In this document: piece after piece, positions 1 to 9,505 of the stretch
How positions within the stretch are numbered: the stretch's first letter is position 1
Layout: every line of letters begins with the position of its first letter
Virus record (IMG/VR): IMGVR_UViG_3300037455_000099
Span: 1,383 to 65,382 of that record
Length of the DNA: 64,000 bases
Origin: a virus
Lineage: Duplodnaviria; Caudoviricetes
Reading direction: 5' to 3' (one strand)
Position numbers and translations under genes: made by a program
Notes under the pieces: generated by a model
Seen by the model: the letters and a program-made list of their open reading frames with translations, nothing else
What the model was told of the DNA's origin: nothing
The model's database searches: none

Positions 1-10
1 TGATGAAATC

Positions 11-787
11 ATGTCTAATGAAACAGAAGCAAGAAACAAGGCAATAAAGACAGCTGGAACTATAGCTTCAGCTGCAGCACTTGCAACACTCGGAGCTGGT
101 GGTATAGCTGCTGCTTCTGGTCTTGCTGCTTCAGCTGCTGCTGGCGGATCTAAACTTGGCAAAACACTTATGGACTTTGACCCTTCAACAATAGGCGATA
201 AGGTTATAAACTTTGCCCAGAACGATCCAAGAGGACAGAAGGCATACGAGTATCTCGATGGTGGTATACGCGCGTATGCAGATGCTCGTTCTTATGTAAT
301 AGGTACATTCGCTGATCAGGCAATGAAACGTCTCGACCAGATGGGCGTTATCGACGAACTTGGTAATACAGCAGGCAAAATCACAGCTACAACCACATCA
401 AATGCTTACAACAACATCGACCCTAGATTGTCTTCATTGATTAATCAGGTTGGCAATAGCTTAGGTGGAGGTATGGCTAGCGGTACTGCTCAGGCTGCTA
501 ACAACATTAGTCCTGTGCTTTCACAGACTTCTGGTGTACTTTCTCAGATCCAGGCACTTCAAAATAATCCTATAACATCTGACATCCTTGTTAACCCACA
601 GACAGTAGCAAGTATGGAAAGTATGTATTCTTCTAGTCCAGCGGTCGTTAATAGTATTCTTAATAGCGTTGCCAATACTGCTAATACATCTAGCGCTCAG
701 GTTGCTAACAATGCAGCTTATGCTTATGGTAATGCTACAAAGAAACCTAAACTAGCTGCTTCTTCTGCGACATACAGGAGGCCGTGA
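11..787 (+). CDS. hypothetical Ala/Ser/Asn-rich protein
   Basis: 258-aa ORF from track; low complexity; no recognisable motif. Confidence 0.7.
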   Translation: MSNETEARNKAIKTAGTIASAAALATLGAGGIAAASGLAASAAAGGSKLGKTLMDFDPSTIGDKVINFAQNDPRGQKAYEYLDGGIRAYADARSYVIGTFADQAMKRLDQMGVIDELGNTAGKITATTTSNAYNNIDPRLSSLINQVGNSLGGGMASGTAQAANNISPVLSQTSGVLSQIQALQNNPITSDILVNPQTVASMESMYSSSPAVVNSILNSVANTANTSSAQVANNAAYAYGNATKKPKLAASSATYRRP

Positions 788-1314
788 TTATGTACAACGA
801 CTACATCGCACACCGAGACCATAAGTATTTAGCAAGAGTTAAAGATGCTGCTAATAGGTATAGATATTTCTACACTCAGGCAGCTTATAACACTTACAAG
901 AATGCTAAAGCTATTGGCGCGGGTCTTATTACAGCTTCTAAACTTTCTTACAATAGAAAGAAGTTAGCATCAACAAGTAGAAGGACTGATGTATTCTCTC
1001 AGTGGGATAAAGCTAGAAGAGAAGAATACGCCAATAATGTAGCAAACGCTGTTGGTCCAGGAGCGGCTCAGACAGCGGTAAACAACTGGAACGACATGAT
1101 TAGTGACTTTGGTAATACACTTTGGAAAAAGAAAGTAGAACTCCTTGCTCAGCCAACAGACAGCACAATGGCGGCATATGAGGGAGGCCGTACAAAAGAA
1201 TCTTATCGTATTCGTCCAAGAGCAAGAAAGAAAAATGTTACTGGTAATGCAAATCCTGGAAGTACAGCAAAGAAACCTTTAGCAACTGTCCAGAAACGAA
1301 GATCTAGAAGATGA
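784..1314 (+). CDS. basic protein with N-terminal DYIAH leader (putative internal virion protein)
   Basis: YNDYIAH-RDHKYL start followed by a K/R-rich body; leader shared with 1663, 2523, 34842 and 60694. Confidence 0.65.
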   Translation: MIMYNDYIAHRDHKYLARVKDAANRYRYFYTQAAYNTYKNAKAIGAGLITASKLSYNRKKLASTSRRTDVFSQWDKARREEYANNVANAVGPGAAQTAVNNWNDMISDFGNTLWKKKVELLAQPTDSTMAAYEGGRTKESYRIRPRARKKNVTGNANPGSTAKKPLATVQKRRSRR

Positions 1315-1324
1315 AAGGAGATTT

Positions 1325-1651
1325 GTGGAAATGGAAAATGAAAAGAAAAACTTTAACTATAATAAAGTAAATAAAAGTAAAGATGTAGCAAAGGATATTC
1401 CTGAAGAAGTTATTGCTAAGAATGAACCTGAAGCTACAGCTAAGGAAGAACCAAAGCCAGCAAAGAAACCAAAGGGCATTGTTAACTCACCTCTGAACTT
1501 AAGAGAGAAACCAAGTAAGGACGCAAAGATTCTTACAGTAATGCCCGCCAATGCTCAGGTTACTATTGAAGAAGAAACTAACGGATTCTATAAAGTTAAG
1601 TACAATGAATTCGAAGGTTTCGCTATGTCACAGTTCATCAATAAGAAGTAG
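1325..1651 (+). CDS. SH3b-domain protein
   Basis: C-terminal LNLREKPSKDAKIL...FYKVKYNEFEGFAMSQFI matches the bacterial SH3 pattern; SD AAAGGAG upstream. Confidence 0.75.
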   Translation: MEMENEKKNFNYNKVNKSKDVAKDIPEEVIAKNEPEATAKEEPKPAKKPKGIVNSPLNLREKPSKDAKILTVMPANAQVTIEEETNGFYKVKYNEFEGFAMSQFINKK

Positions 1652-1662
1652 GTGACTATTCC

Positions 1663-2172
1663 ATGAACAATGAATGGTCAGACTACATTGCTCATCACGG
1701 AGTCCTTGGTATGAAATGGGGTGTACACCGTAATCGTCATGCCGAAGGCGGATTCACCAAAAGAGGACTTAAGAAACTCGATAAGATTGCCTCTAGTGAA
1801 AAACGTGTTAAGGAGCAGACCGAACTAGCTAAACTCAGACTTACTGAAAACAGCGGAGTGCATGCTAAACACAACGAAATTTATCGAAAGAAACTCGCCA
1901 GACTTGAAAAGAGAGGTAAGGGCGAAAGTGAAAAAGCAAAGAAAGTTAAAGACTTGATAAAATCCGGACAGAATGCAATCGCTAGAAATGACAAACTTAT
2001 GAAAGATATTGATAGTGGTAAGTTAAAAGCTGGAAGAGATTTTATTCACCAGATAGATTTCAACATAGGTCTTATTGACACATATAGTGCTACGCTAAAG
2101 TTTGCAAATCCTAAAAATGACGTATCAACAGACTTTATCGCCAGATACGGCACAGCGTACAGGGCAAGGTGA
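1663..2172 (+). CDS. phage protein with HHGVLGMKWG motif (putative internal virion protein)
   Basis: WSDYIAH-HGVLGMKWGVHR; basic body. Confidence 0.75.
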   Translation: MNNEWSDYIAHHGVLGMKWGVHRNRHAEGGFTKRGLKKLDKIASSEKRVKEQTELAKLRLTENSGVHAKHNEIYRKKLARLEKRGKGESEKAKKVKDLIKSGQNAIARNDKLMKDIDSGKLKAGRDFIHQIDFNIGLIDTYSATLKFANPKNDVSTDFIARYGTAYRAR

Positions 2173-2513
2173 TAACAATGAGCATACTCGAAGATGTTAA
2201 AAAATTCATTCCAATACCAGTTGAGGATGATTCTTTTGATACAGCTTTAATAATGCACATAAACAATCTATTCTTCGAGCTTATGCAGCTTGGAGTTGGA
2301 CCAGCAACAATACCATTCACAATTCAAAATGATTCTGAGTGGTCAGAGTTTGAGTGTTTACCACATCAGCTGGAGACAGTCAAGTTCTTCATATGTGCTA
2401 AGACTAAATTACAGTTTGACACTCCAACAAGTGGCGCTGTAGTTCAGGCATTAAAGGAAACTGTGGCAGAAGCAGAGACTCGATTGCATTGGAATCAGGA
2501 CTATGGAACGTGA
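2169..2513 (+). CDS. head-tail connector/adaptor (gp6-like)
   Basis: SILEDVKK...FDTALIMHIN...FDTPTSGAV...EAETRL pattern typical of siphovirus adaptors. Confidence 0.7.
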   Translation: MITMSILEDVKKFIPIPVEDDSFDTALIMHINNLFFELMQLGVGPATIPFTIQNDSEWSEFECLPHQLETVKFFICAKTKLQFDTPTSGAVVQALKETVAEAETRLHWNQDYGT

Positions 2514-2522
2514 GGTGATAAA

Positions 2523-3305
2523 ATGTTCGTAGTAGAAACTCTTGACGAAGTCTATGATGTGGATTTTATCGCCCATCACGGTACAAAAGGCATGCATTGG
2601 GGTCAGCGTCGTTATCAGAATCCAGACGGCTCTCTAACTCCTGCTGGACGAAAGCGTTATATGAAAAACAATCGTTTCAGACAGAAGTATTTAAGAGAAC
2701 AGGCTAAAAGACTGGAAGAAGAACGACGGAAAACCGAAACTGCAAAGCAGAGACACGATCGTATCATGAAATCTTCTAATGCAGAAGAGATTTTAAAGAA
2801 TAAAGATCTTCTTACAACAGAAGAATTGAAAGAACGAATCAATAGAATCAAGACAGAGCAGGAATTAGCAACATACATCAAGAAATCCCCAACCAAAATG
2901 GATAAGGCGAAGAAATATATCGACAACACTATAGAAATTGTGGATAAGGTCGGCAAGTTTACTGATACTAAGGTCGGCAAGATGGTTACTAAAGAAGTAA
3001 TGAAACAGCTCGGTCTCGATACGAAGAAAACGGTAACGTATAAAGATTACAAAGACATCCTTAACGACCTTAAGAATGTTGACAGTAATAAACTTAAAGA
3101 CTATAAAGAAAGAGCGCAGAACGAGAAAGACCTCCGAAAGGCTCTTGACGAATTAAGAAAAATGAATGAAGCAGAGCAGAAGCGAATCCAGGCAGAACAG
3201 CAGGCGGCGCAGCAGGCTCAGCAACAGCAACAGCAGTTACAGCAGGCGCAGCAGCAGGCTCGTAGAAGAAAACGTCGTGCTTACTGGACCAGAAATGTAA
3301 TTTAA
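2523..3305 (+). CDS. phage protein with HHGTKGMHWG motif (putative internal virion protein)
   Basis: DFIAH-HGTKGMHWGQRRYQNPDGSLTPAGRKRY; Q-rich C-terminus. Confidence 0.75.
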   Translation: MFVVETLDEVYDVDFIAHHGTKGMHWGQRRYQNPDGSLTPAGRKRYMKNNRFRQKYLREQAKRLEEERRKTETAKQRHDRIMKSSNAEEILKNKDLLTTEELKERINRIKTEQELATYIKKSPTKMDKAKKYIDNTIEIVDKVGKFTDTKVGKMVTKEVMKQLGLDTKKTVTYKDYKDILNDLKNVDSNKLKDYKERAQNEKDLRKALDELRKMNEAEQKRIQAEQQAAQQAQQQQQQLQQAQQQARRRKRRAYWTRNVI

Positions 3306-3332
3306 CAAAACAACACAAAAGGAGAACCAGAA

Positions 3333-5069
3333 ATGCTTTCCAATACAGCGACGCCTAAGTACTATGGTGCATTTAGAGACGCTGTACTACGAGGCGAAAT
3401 CTTAGTAAACGAAAAGATCTCTATGGAAATGAATCGAATTGATACATTAATAGAAGATCCAGAAATTTACTACGATGATAAAAAGGTCGAAGGATGGATT
3501 AAGTTCTGCGAAAGAGAACTCACTCTAACTGACGGCTCAGATGTGCATTTACTAGACAGCTTTAAGCTATGGGCGGAACAAGTCTATGGCTGGTGGTACT
3601 ATGTTGACCGCCAAGTATTCGATCCTACTACTAAAAGGTATGTAAGAAAAAGAATATTAAAGCGTCTAATAAATAAACAGTATCTTATAGTGGCTAGAGG
3701 CGCTGCAAAATCTATGTACTCCTCTTTCCATCAGAGTTATAACCTAAATGTATTAAGTAAAACAACACATCAGATAACTGTTGCTCCGACTATGAAGTTA
3801 GCAGAAGAGGTATTATCCCCAATGCGAACAGCAATAATCAGAGCAAAAGGACCGTTATACAAAATGCTAACTGCGGGATCTCTACAAAATACTACGGGTA
3901 ATCGAATGAACCGTAAACAGTTAGCAGCAACCAAAAAGGGCATAGAAAACTTCATCACTGGATCTTTATGTGAAGTAAGAGCCATGGCAATAGATAAGGT
4001 ACAGGGCTTACGTGTCACACTTGCTACTGTGGATGAGTGGCTCTCTTGTGATATTCGTGAAGATGTCATAGGCGCTATTGAGCAGGGTGCATCTAAGAAC
4101 GACGACTATATTATTATTGCAACATCGTCAGAAGGTACTGTAAGAAACGGTGCTGGTGACGACATTAAAATGGAACTTATGAACATCTTACGTGGCGATT
4201 ACGTCAATCCTCATGTGAGTATTTGGTGGTATTGTCTCGATGATATTCAAGAGGTAAATGATCCTGAGACATGGATCAAAGCTAACCCGAACTTAGGTAA
4301 GACAGTCACTTACGAGGTATATGAACTTGACAAGGAGAGAGCCGAAATAGCCCCTGCGACAAGGAATGATATTCTCGCAAAAAGATTTGGCATACCTATG
4401 GAAGGTTATACTTACTTCTTTAGATTTGAAGAGACTTTAGTACACGATAAGAGATATTCTTTCAAAGGAATGGCTTGTTCTCTTGGAGCAGACCTTTCTA
4501 TGGGCGATGACTTCTGTGCGTTTCTATTCCTTTTTCCAACTTCTTATGGCGAATTCGGTGTAAAGACGCTATGTTTTATTACGGATACAACGTATTATAA
4601 GCTACCTCCTTCTTTAAGGAATAAATATGATGAATTCAAAAGAGAAGGCACGTTAATAGTAATGGAAGACCGTATAACTCTTGACATGATGGAGGTATAC
4701 GATGTGGTCGACCAGCATATTATTGACATGGACTACGATGTTCGAACATTCGGATACGACCCATGGAATGCTACGGCCTTTGTTACTAGATGGGAACAGG
4801 AAAACGGTCCATTCGGCATTGTTAAAGTCCCTCAAGGAAGCAGAACTGAATCTGTACCTCTTGGTGAACTTAAACATATGGCTGAAGAAAGAATACTATT
4901 ATTTGATCAGTTGATTATGCAATACTGTATGGGTAATGCAATAACTCTGGAAGATACAAACGGTAACAGAAAACTATTCAAACAACGCAGGGAAGACAAA
5001 ATCGACTGTGTGGCAGCTATGATTGACGCATATGTTGCATACAAGACAATCCCAGATGCGTTTTATTAA
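3333..5069 (+). CDS. terL: terminase large subunit
   Basis: Walker A VARGAAKS, Walker B ATVDEW, C-terminal nuclease motifs (LGADLS, KIDCVAAMIDA); SD AAGGAG. Confidence 0.93.
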   Translation: MLSNTATPKYYGAFRDAVLRGEILVNEKISMEMNRIDTLIEDPEIYYDDKKVEGWIKFCERELTLTDGSDVHLLDSFKLWAEQVYGWWYYVDRQVFDPTTKRYVRKRILKRLINKQYLIVARGAAKSMYSSFHQSYNLNVLSKTTHQITVAPTMKLAEEVLSPMRTAIIRAKGPLYKMLTAGSLQNTTGNRMNRKQLAATKKGIENFITGSLCEVRAMAIDKVQGLRVTLATVDEWLSCDIREDVIGAIEQGASKNDDYIIIATSSEGTVRNGAGDDIKMELMNILRGDYVNPHVSIWWYCLDDIQEVNDPETWIKANPNLGKTVTYEVYELDKERAEIAPATRNDILAKRFGIPMEGYTYFFRFEETLVHDKRYSFKGMACSLGADLSMGDDFCAFLFLFPTSYGEFGVKTLCFITDTTYYKLPPSLRNKYDEFKREGTLIVMEDRITLDMMEVYDVVDQHIIDMDYDVRTFGYDPWNATAFVTRWEQENGPFGIVKVPQGSRTESVPLGELKHMAEERILLFDQLIMQYCMGNAITLEDTNGNRKLFKQRREDKIDCVAAMIDAYVAYKTIPDAFY

Positions 5070-5075
5070 GGAGGT

Positions 5076-5369
5076 GTGTTTATGGGACGTTCTCGAGTTG
5101 AAACACTTTTAGGTTCGATTCTCAATGGTGAAGATGAAGGTATTGAAAAGCCAGCTTCTAGAGTTGAAGAACTTCTCAAAGGCATATACGATGAAGGTGG
5201 CGGTGGAGGCGGAGAAGGTACCATGAACTATAACGCACTCCATAATCTTCCACAGTTGAATGGTATCACAATAAAGGGCAACCATGACCTTGAATATTAT
5301 GCACCAGACGAAACTGCAGAAGAAATAGACACTGAAGAAGAACAGGAATTACTTAACATTCTTGATTAA
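5076..5369 (+). CDS. acidic hypothetical structural/fibre-associated protein
   Basis: SD AAGGAGG; internal SRVE repeat; NYNALHNLPQLNG motif seen in fibre proteins. Confidence 0.55.
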   Translation: MFMGRSRVETLLGSILNGEDEGIEKPASRVEELLKGIYDEGGGGGGEGTMNYNALHNLPQLNGITIKGNHDLEYYAPDETAEEIDTEEEQELLNILD

Positions 5370-5385
5370 TTAGGAGGAAAACATT

Positions 5386-6063
5386 ATGAGCACAAAACAG
5401 TATATGAGCTATGATAACGCCGTAGCTATTGTTAATAAGATCGCAAGCAGACTCAATGCACTTACTGGAGCATTCCAGATCAGAGGTTCAGTAGCATCTG
5501 TACCAACACTTTCAAACTGCAACCCTGGTGATGTATACAACATTACTTCAGAATTCACAACAACAGCAGACTTCGTTGAAGGCGCTGGCATCAAGTATCC
5601 AGCAGGTACTGATATTTATGTGGCAGACCTTTCAACATACGCTACAGCTACACCAGCTGGTTCAGAGAACCCAACAACAGAAGGTTGGTATGAACTCGTA
5701 AACAACAAGTATGTTCTCTCAACAGACACAGAAGTTGTTTCAGGCAAGACATATTACATCAAGACAGAAAACATAAAGTGGACTGTAGGTGCAGGTTTCA
5801 TCGACGTTGACGCAATTGAAGATCGCATCACAAATGTTCGTGAAATGATCTCTGATACAACGTTTGACACAGCTACAGCATACGCTATTGGCGATATCGT
5901 AACATACGAAGACGGCCTTTACCAGTTCAATGCTGCTCACTCAGCTGGTGCGTGGACAGGCACAGACGTAGATGAAATTGATATTCTCGACCTCATCGCA
6001 TCTGTAGAGCCAGACGAATTCAGCACAGCTCAGGTAAACGCACTCAAGGCACTTCTTGACTAA
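5386..6063 (+). CDS. putative fibre/decoration protein with carbohydrate-binding-like module
   Basis: GSVASVPTL..GDVYNI and FDTATAYAIGDIVTYEDGLYQF..AHSAGAW (CBM5/12-like) segments. Confidence 0.55.
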   Translation: MSTKQYMSYDNAVAIVNKIASRLNALTGAFQIRGSVASVPTLSNCNPGDVYNITSEFTTTADFVEGAGIKYPAGTDIYVADLSTYATATPAGSENPTTEGWYELVNNKYVLSTDTEVVSGKTYYIKTENIKWTVGAGFIDVDAIEDRITNVREMISDTTFDTATAYAIGDIVTYEDGLYQFNAAHSAGAWTGTDVDEIDILDLIASVEPDEFSTAQVNALKALLD

Positions 6064-6092
6064 TAACTAAATGACGAAAGGGTGGTGGGATA

Positions 6093-7937
6093 ATGGGAAA
6101 TTTTATGGGGTACACTAGTGCCACCGAATTATTTGCGGCAATTGGCAATAAGATTAAAGCCAAATACACCAAACCTTCAGGCGGTATTCCGAAAACTGAT
6201 TTAGCTACAGCGGTGCAGTCTACTCTTGATCAAGTAAGCACTAACCAAACAAATATTTTATACAGCTTGCAGACTGGTGTAAAGAACTGGCTTCCAAGGT
6301 ATACCTATGATAATGTAATTGCTGACCATATTAGTTCTACCGGAACACAGTTTGTAATTAACGATGATGGTAGCGTAACACTTAGCAGAGCGTCAACAGT
6401 GAGTGATATTGTATGGCTAAGAATGGAGTTTACTGTACCTAAAACTGCGAATCTTTGTTTTGTGACATATAGCAACGCTAATCCGTATACAAATTATGAT
6501 GCATACATACAAGACATGAGTGGAGCGAGTCCAGAAGTTATAGTGTATGACCACGGTGACGTTGAAAACCAAACATATCAGTACGTTGCAGGGGTTACAT
6601 ATCGTGTAACACTAAGGTTACTTCAACCGTTCTCCGGCAGTATAACGTTTTATCCAACGCTTACTCCAATCGAGATTTATAGAGCTGATCCGACATACTC
6701 CCCTTATGCTCTATCAAATGCAGATTTGACACAGATGGTTTCGGATTTACAGAAAAAGGCTGTAAAAGTTTATAGTTATCATGTTAATCCAACTGAAAGC
6801 GATCCTGAGGATGCTGTTACATATCTTGATGATGCGGCAGGATTAACACCTGCTAAGATGGGTGCAAGTTCATTTAGTTACGGCTCATGGGCTAATGCTT
6901 GGTTCTTACCACGTCCATGTATGCTCAAATCAGACGGTACTGTTGCATACTATCTTAATCCAAATGATTACAGCAAGAAAACAGATGGTACAGCTTCTGA
7001 TATTGCAGACGCAAGCTATGACGGCAATGTTATGCTTGAATTCCCTAAGATTTGGATAAAGCGTGTTGCAGGTGCTACAGGTGAAAGAACTGTTTCGATT
7101 GCTCCTGTTAATGTTGATGGAACTTACAAGTGTTGGAGTAACATCAACGCTGACAACAAGGAAATCGATCATTTCTATTTACCTGCATATAACGGCACAA
7201 TTCACAGTAGCAAGATGAGATCACTCTCCGGTGTAACGCTTAATTCTACATATGCACCAAATTACACAAGAACACAGGAAGTCACAGCGGCAACTGCAAA
7301 TAACCCGTCCGGTAAGAATATGTGGTACACAGAAGTATGGGCTGACTATTGCTTAATCTTTGATTTACTTTATCTCATGGGTAAATCGTTAGACGTTCAA
7401 AGAACTTTCGGACAAGGCTTGTCATCCGGTTTTGAAACTGCAATGCGTGCATATGTTACGGGTACACATAATTCAAGAGGGCTTTTCTATGGTGATGTTT
7501 CAGGAACAGAAACGGCTGTAAAAGTTCTTGGCATGGAAAACATATGGGGTTGCAGATGGCATGGTGTAGCAGGGCTGATTAATGATAACGGCACACTTAA
7601 AGTCAAAATGACATACGGCAATGCTGATGGTTCTACAGCTATTGGATACAATACAACAGGTAGCGGCTATCTCACGTACGGTTCAACCTACGGTACAAAC
7701 GGATATGTCAAGAAAATACAAGCCGATAACACTATGGGATATAAGATCATTGAAACCAGCGGTACCGACGCAACGTATTACTGTGATTATTACTATACTA
7801 ACAATTCTCAGTCAAACTATGCCCTTTTAGGCGGTTGCTCCGCCCATGGCGCGACTTGTGGTTTCTATGTCGATCTGGGCAGTGAGGCTGCGCATTCGCT
7901 TTGGACTGTTGGGGGCTCGCTCTCTTGCAAGCCGTAA
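6093..7937 (+). CDS. receptor-binding/tail-fibre protein with C-terminal DGR-type (CLec-fold) variable region
   Basis: YTKPSGGIPKTDL fibre motif; GMENIWG; C-terminus YALLGGCSAHGATCGFYVDLGSEAAHSLWTVGGSLSCKP. Confidence 0.75.
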   Translation: MGNFMGYTSATELFAAIGNKIKAKYTKPSGGIPKTDLATAVQSTLDQVSTNQTNILYSLQTGVKNWLPRYTYDNVIADHISSTGTQFVINDDGSVTLSRASTVSDIVWLRMEFTVPKTANLCFVTYSNANPYTNYDAYIQDMSGASPEVIVYDHGDVENQTYQYVAGVTYRVTLRLLQPFSGSITFYPTLTPIEIYRADPTYSPYALSNADLTQMVSDLQKKAVKVYSYHVNPTESDPEDAVTYLDDAAGLTPAKMGASSFSYGSWANAWFLPRPCMLKSDGTVAYYLNPNDYSKKTDGTASDIADASYDGNVMLEFPKIWIKRVAGATGERTVSIAPVNVDGTYKCWSNINADNKEIDHFYLPAYNGTIHSSKMRSLSGVTLNSTYAPNYTRTQEVTAATANNPSGKNMWYTEVWADYCLIFDLLYLMGKSLDVQRTFGQGLSSGFETAMRAYVTGTHNSRGLFYGDVSGTETAVKVLGMENIWGCRWHGVAGLINDNGTLKVKMTYGNADGSTAIGYNTTGSGYLTYGSTYGTNGYVKKIQADNTMGYKIIETSGTDATYYCDYYYTNNSQSNYALLGGCSAHGATCGFYVDLGSEAAHSLWTVGGSLSCKP

Positions 7938-7958
7938 TAAAGAAAGGAGAAATGCAGT

Positions 7959-8204
7959 ATGTGGAAACATGGTGAAAGTTCTGCGCCGGTATCTGCTATT
8001 GATGCAGAATCAAGTCAGAAATATGTTTACATCTACAGAAATATTGAAGAAAAAACAAGAGAAGATGAAACATACTATACATACGAGTACGCAAAGATCA
8101 AGAAAGATGTGTATGAGTATGTAAGAGAACTTTGGGCTACTGAGGATAGGACAACCGAAATCGAGGATGTTCTTGCAGAAATCCTTTTCGGAGGTGACGA
8201 ATAA
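7959..8204 (+). CDS. small tail-fibre-associated (XkdW-like) protein
   Basis: SD AAAGGAG; follows the fibre gene; C-terminal EIEDVLAEI pattern. Confidence 0.55.
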   Translation: MWKHGESSAPVSAIDAESSQKYVYIYRNIEEKTREDETYYTYEYAKIKKDVYEYVRELWATEDRTTEIEDVLAEILFGGDE

Positions 8205-8353
8205 TGAGTGCAGCTAAACTTAAACTCATGGTGTCGGTTTTCAAGAGAAGAATGGACGCAGGCGAAACATTTGACGAAGTTCTTGCCAACTACCCGAAGC
8301 TTACAGAAAACGACATAGCACAGTTACGTGAAACTTTAGGAATTGACGAATAA
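8204..8353 (+). CDS. 49-aa fibre-associated (XkdX-like) protein
   Basis: Translated by hand: MSAAKLKLMVSVFKRRMDAGETFDEVLANYPKL...; SD GGAGGTG; TAATG coupling. Confidence 0.65.
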   Translation: MSAAKLKLMVSVFKRRMDAGETFDEVLANYPKLTENDIAQLRETLGIDE

Positions 8354-8428
8354 CACTTACAAACTTATACAGTAAAATCTTGTAAAAGGTCTTAGGTGTA
8401 TCAAATTCAAGTTTGATAGGTGATAGAG

Positions 8429-8548
8429 ATGTATAAATATGTAATTCTGCTATTAGCGACTTACGGATTTATAGATTTAATCTGTAAAATCTTGGTCAAG
8501 ATATTAGATGCTGTCGTGAAAATACAGGATAAATGGGCGGATCAGTAA
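8429..8548 (+). CDS. 39-aa hydrophobic cassette ORF
   Basis: MYKYVILLLATYGFIDLICKILVKILDAVVKIQDKWADQ; SD AGGTG directly after repeat copy 1. Confidence 0.6.
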   Translation: MYKYVILLLATYGFIDLICKILVKILDAVVKIQDKWADQ

Positions 8549-8743
8549 ACCAAATTCCAGTTTGATAGGTTGAAAAAAGAAACGTGATAGGGTGGCTGTG
8601 CTGATGGACAAAGAGCCTCAGGTGTTTAAACGCACAAGCCAATAAGTGAAAAGATGTGTGAGAGGAAGTTTTCTGCCCTATTAATTAAGTACCGAGTATT
8701 CAGGTTTATCAAATCCAAGTTTGGTTGGTGAAGGAGTAACATA

Positions 8744-8890
8744 ATGGCATCAGAAAACAAAAAGAAAAAAGCCAAAAACAGTTTTATTCACAATGGTGCG
8801 GAAGCAAATAAAAACATTAAATACAAACGCATCTGGTACTATACTAAAGCTGATCGAAAGAAAAACAAAACTGTAATCACGGAAGATTAA
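8744..8890 (+). CDS. 48-aa basic cassette ORF
   Basis: MASENKKKKAKNSFIHNG...; SD AAGGAG after repeat copy 3. Confidence 0.6.
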   Translation: MASENKKKKAKNSFIHNGAEANKNIKYKRIWYYTKADRKKNKTVITED

Positions 8891-8927
8891 CCGATCAAAT
8901 TCAAGTTTGATGTAGAGGTGAACACAG

Positions 8928-9149
8928 ATGAATACATACAATCCGCGCAATCCGTACAATCCGTACAATCCGTACAATCCGTACAATCCATGTAATCTGA
9001 ATATTCCGAACATTTCGAATGAAACCGTTGACGATCTTGCGATGTCAAAGTATTACGATTACGAAGTAGAAAAACCTCATTATACTTTATTAGATAAAAT
9101 CAAGTCGCTTATATTTCATGATTCAAGTTTGATAGAGGTAAAACGATGA
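8928..9149 (+). CDS. 73-aa cassette ORF with NPY tandem repeat
   Basis: SD GAGGTG after repeat copy 4. Confidence 0.6.
   Translation: MNTYNPRNPYNPYNPYNPYNPCNLNIPNISNETVDDLAMSKYYDYEVEKPHYTLLDKIKSLIFHDSSLIEVKR
8937..8990 (+). repeat. 9-bp tandem repeat (TACAATCCG)x6
   Basis: Read directly; encodes YNP-RNP-YNP-YNP-YNP-YNP. Confidence 0.9.
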
Positions 9150-9304
9150 ATACAGATATTGATGCTTTAATTGACAAGATAACAAATATTCTAATCGATG
9201 TCGGTCAGCATGATAAAAGATTTAAGCTTGGCGAAAGGATTAGATATTCACCGTCTGAGGTTCGGAAAATTCTGCAGGATCATAAAGACGAATTAAAATC
9301 TTAA
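9146..9304 (+). CDS. 52-aa cassette ORF
   Basis: MNTDIDALIDKITNILIDVGQHDKRFKLGERIRYSPSEVRKIL...; SD GAGGT after repeat copy 5. Confidence 0.6.
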   Translation: MNTDIDALIDKITNILIDVGQHDKRFKLGERIRYSPSEVRKILQDHKDELKS

Positions 9305-9505
9305 CTCTAAGCTAAACCAAAAACCTAAGTTCGATTAATTTACCCTTTAAATACTTAAATGCAAATAAATATTCTCTTACTCTTGTTGCCATAAAATCAC
9401 CCAAATCCTTAAAGAGAAATGAGAAAACACTGTTTGTTTGAAAGTGAATAAACGGTAAAGGAAAATCAAAATGAATAACAAAACTAGCAAGAAAGGCGGT
9501 GTTTT

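Larger units (their letters stand above)
8400..9133 (+). repeat. five dispersed copies of the 18-bp dyad ATCAAA-TTCAAG-TTTGAT, each near an SD-like sequence
   Basis: Copies at 8400-8417, 8549-8566, 8708-8725, 8894-8911 and a degenerate one at 9116-9133. Confidence 0.85.

Noticed and set aside
3180-3260. CAG-rich tract as a regulatory repeat
   Set aside because: Explained by the poly-Gln/Ala C-terminus of the 2523 ORF.
8400-9133. CRISPR array reading of the 18-bp repeats
   Set aside because: Spacers are 130-200 bp, irregular and contain SD-led ORFs; no cas genes nearby.
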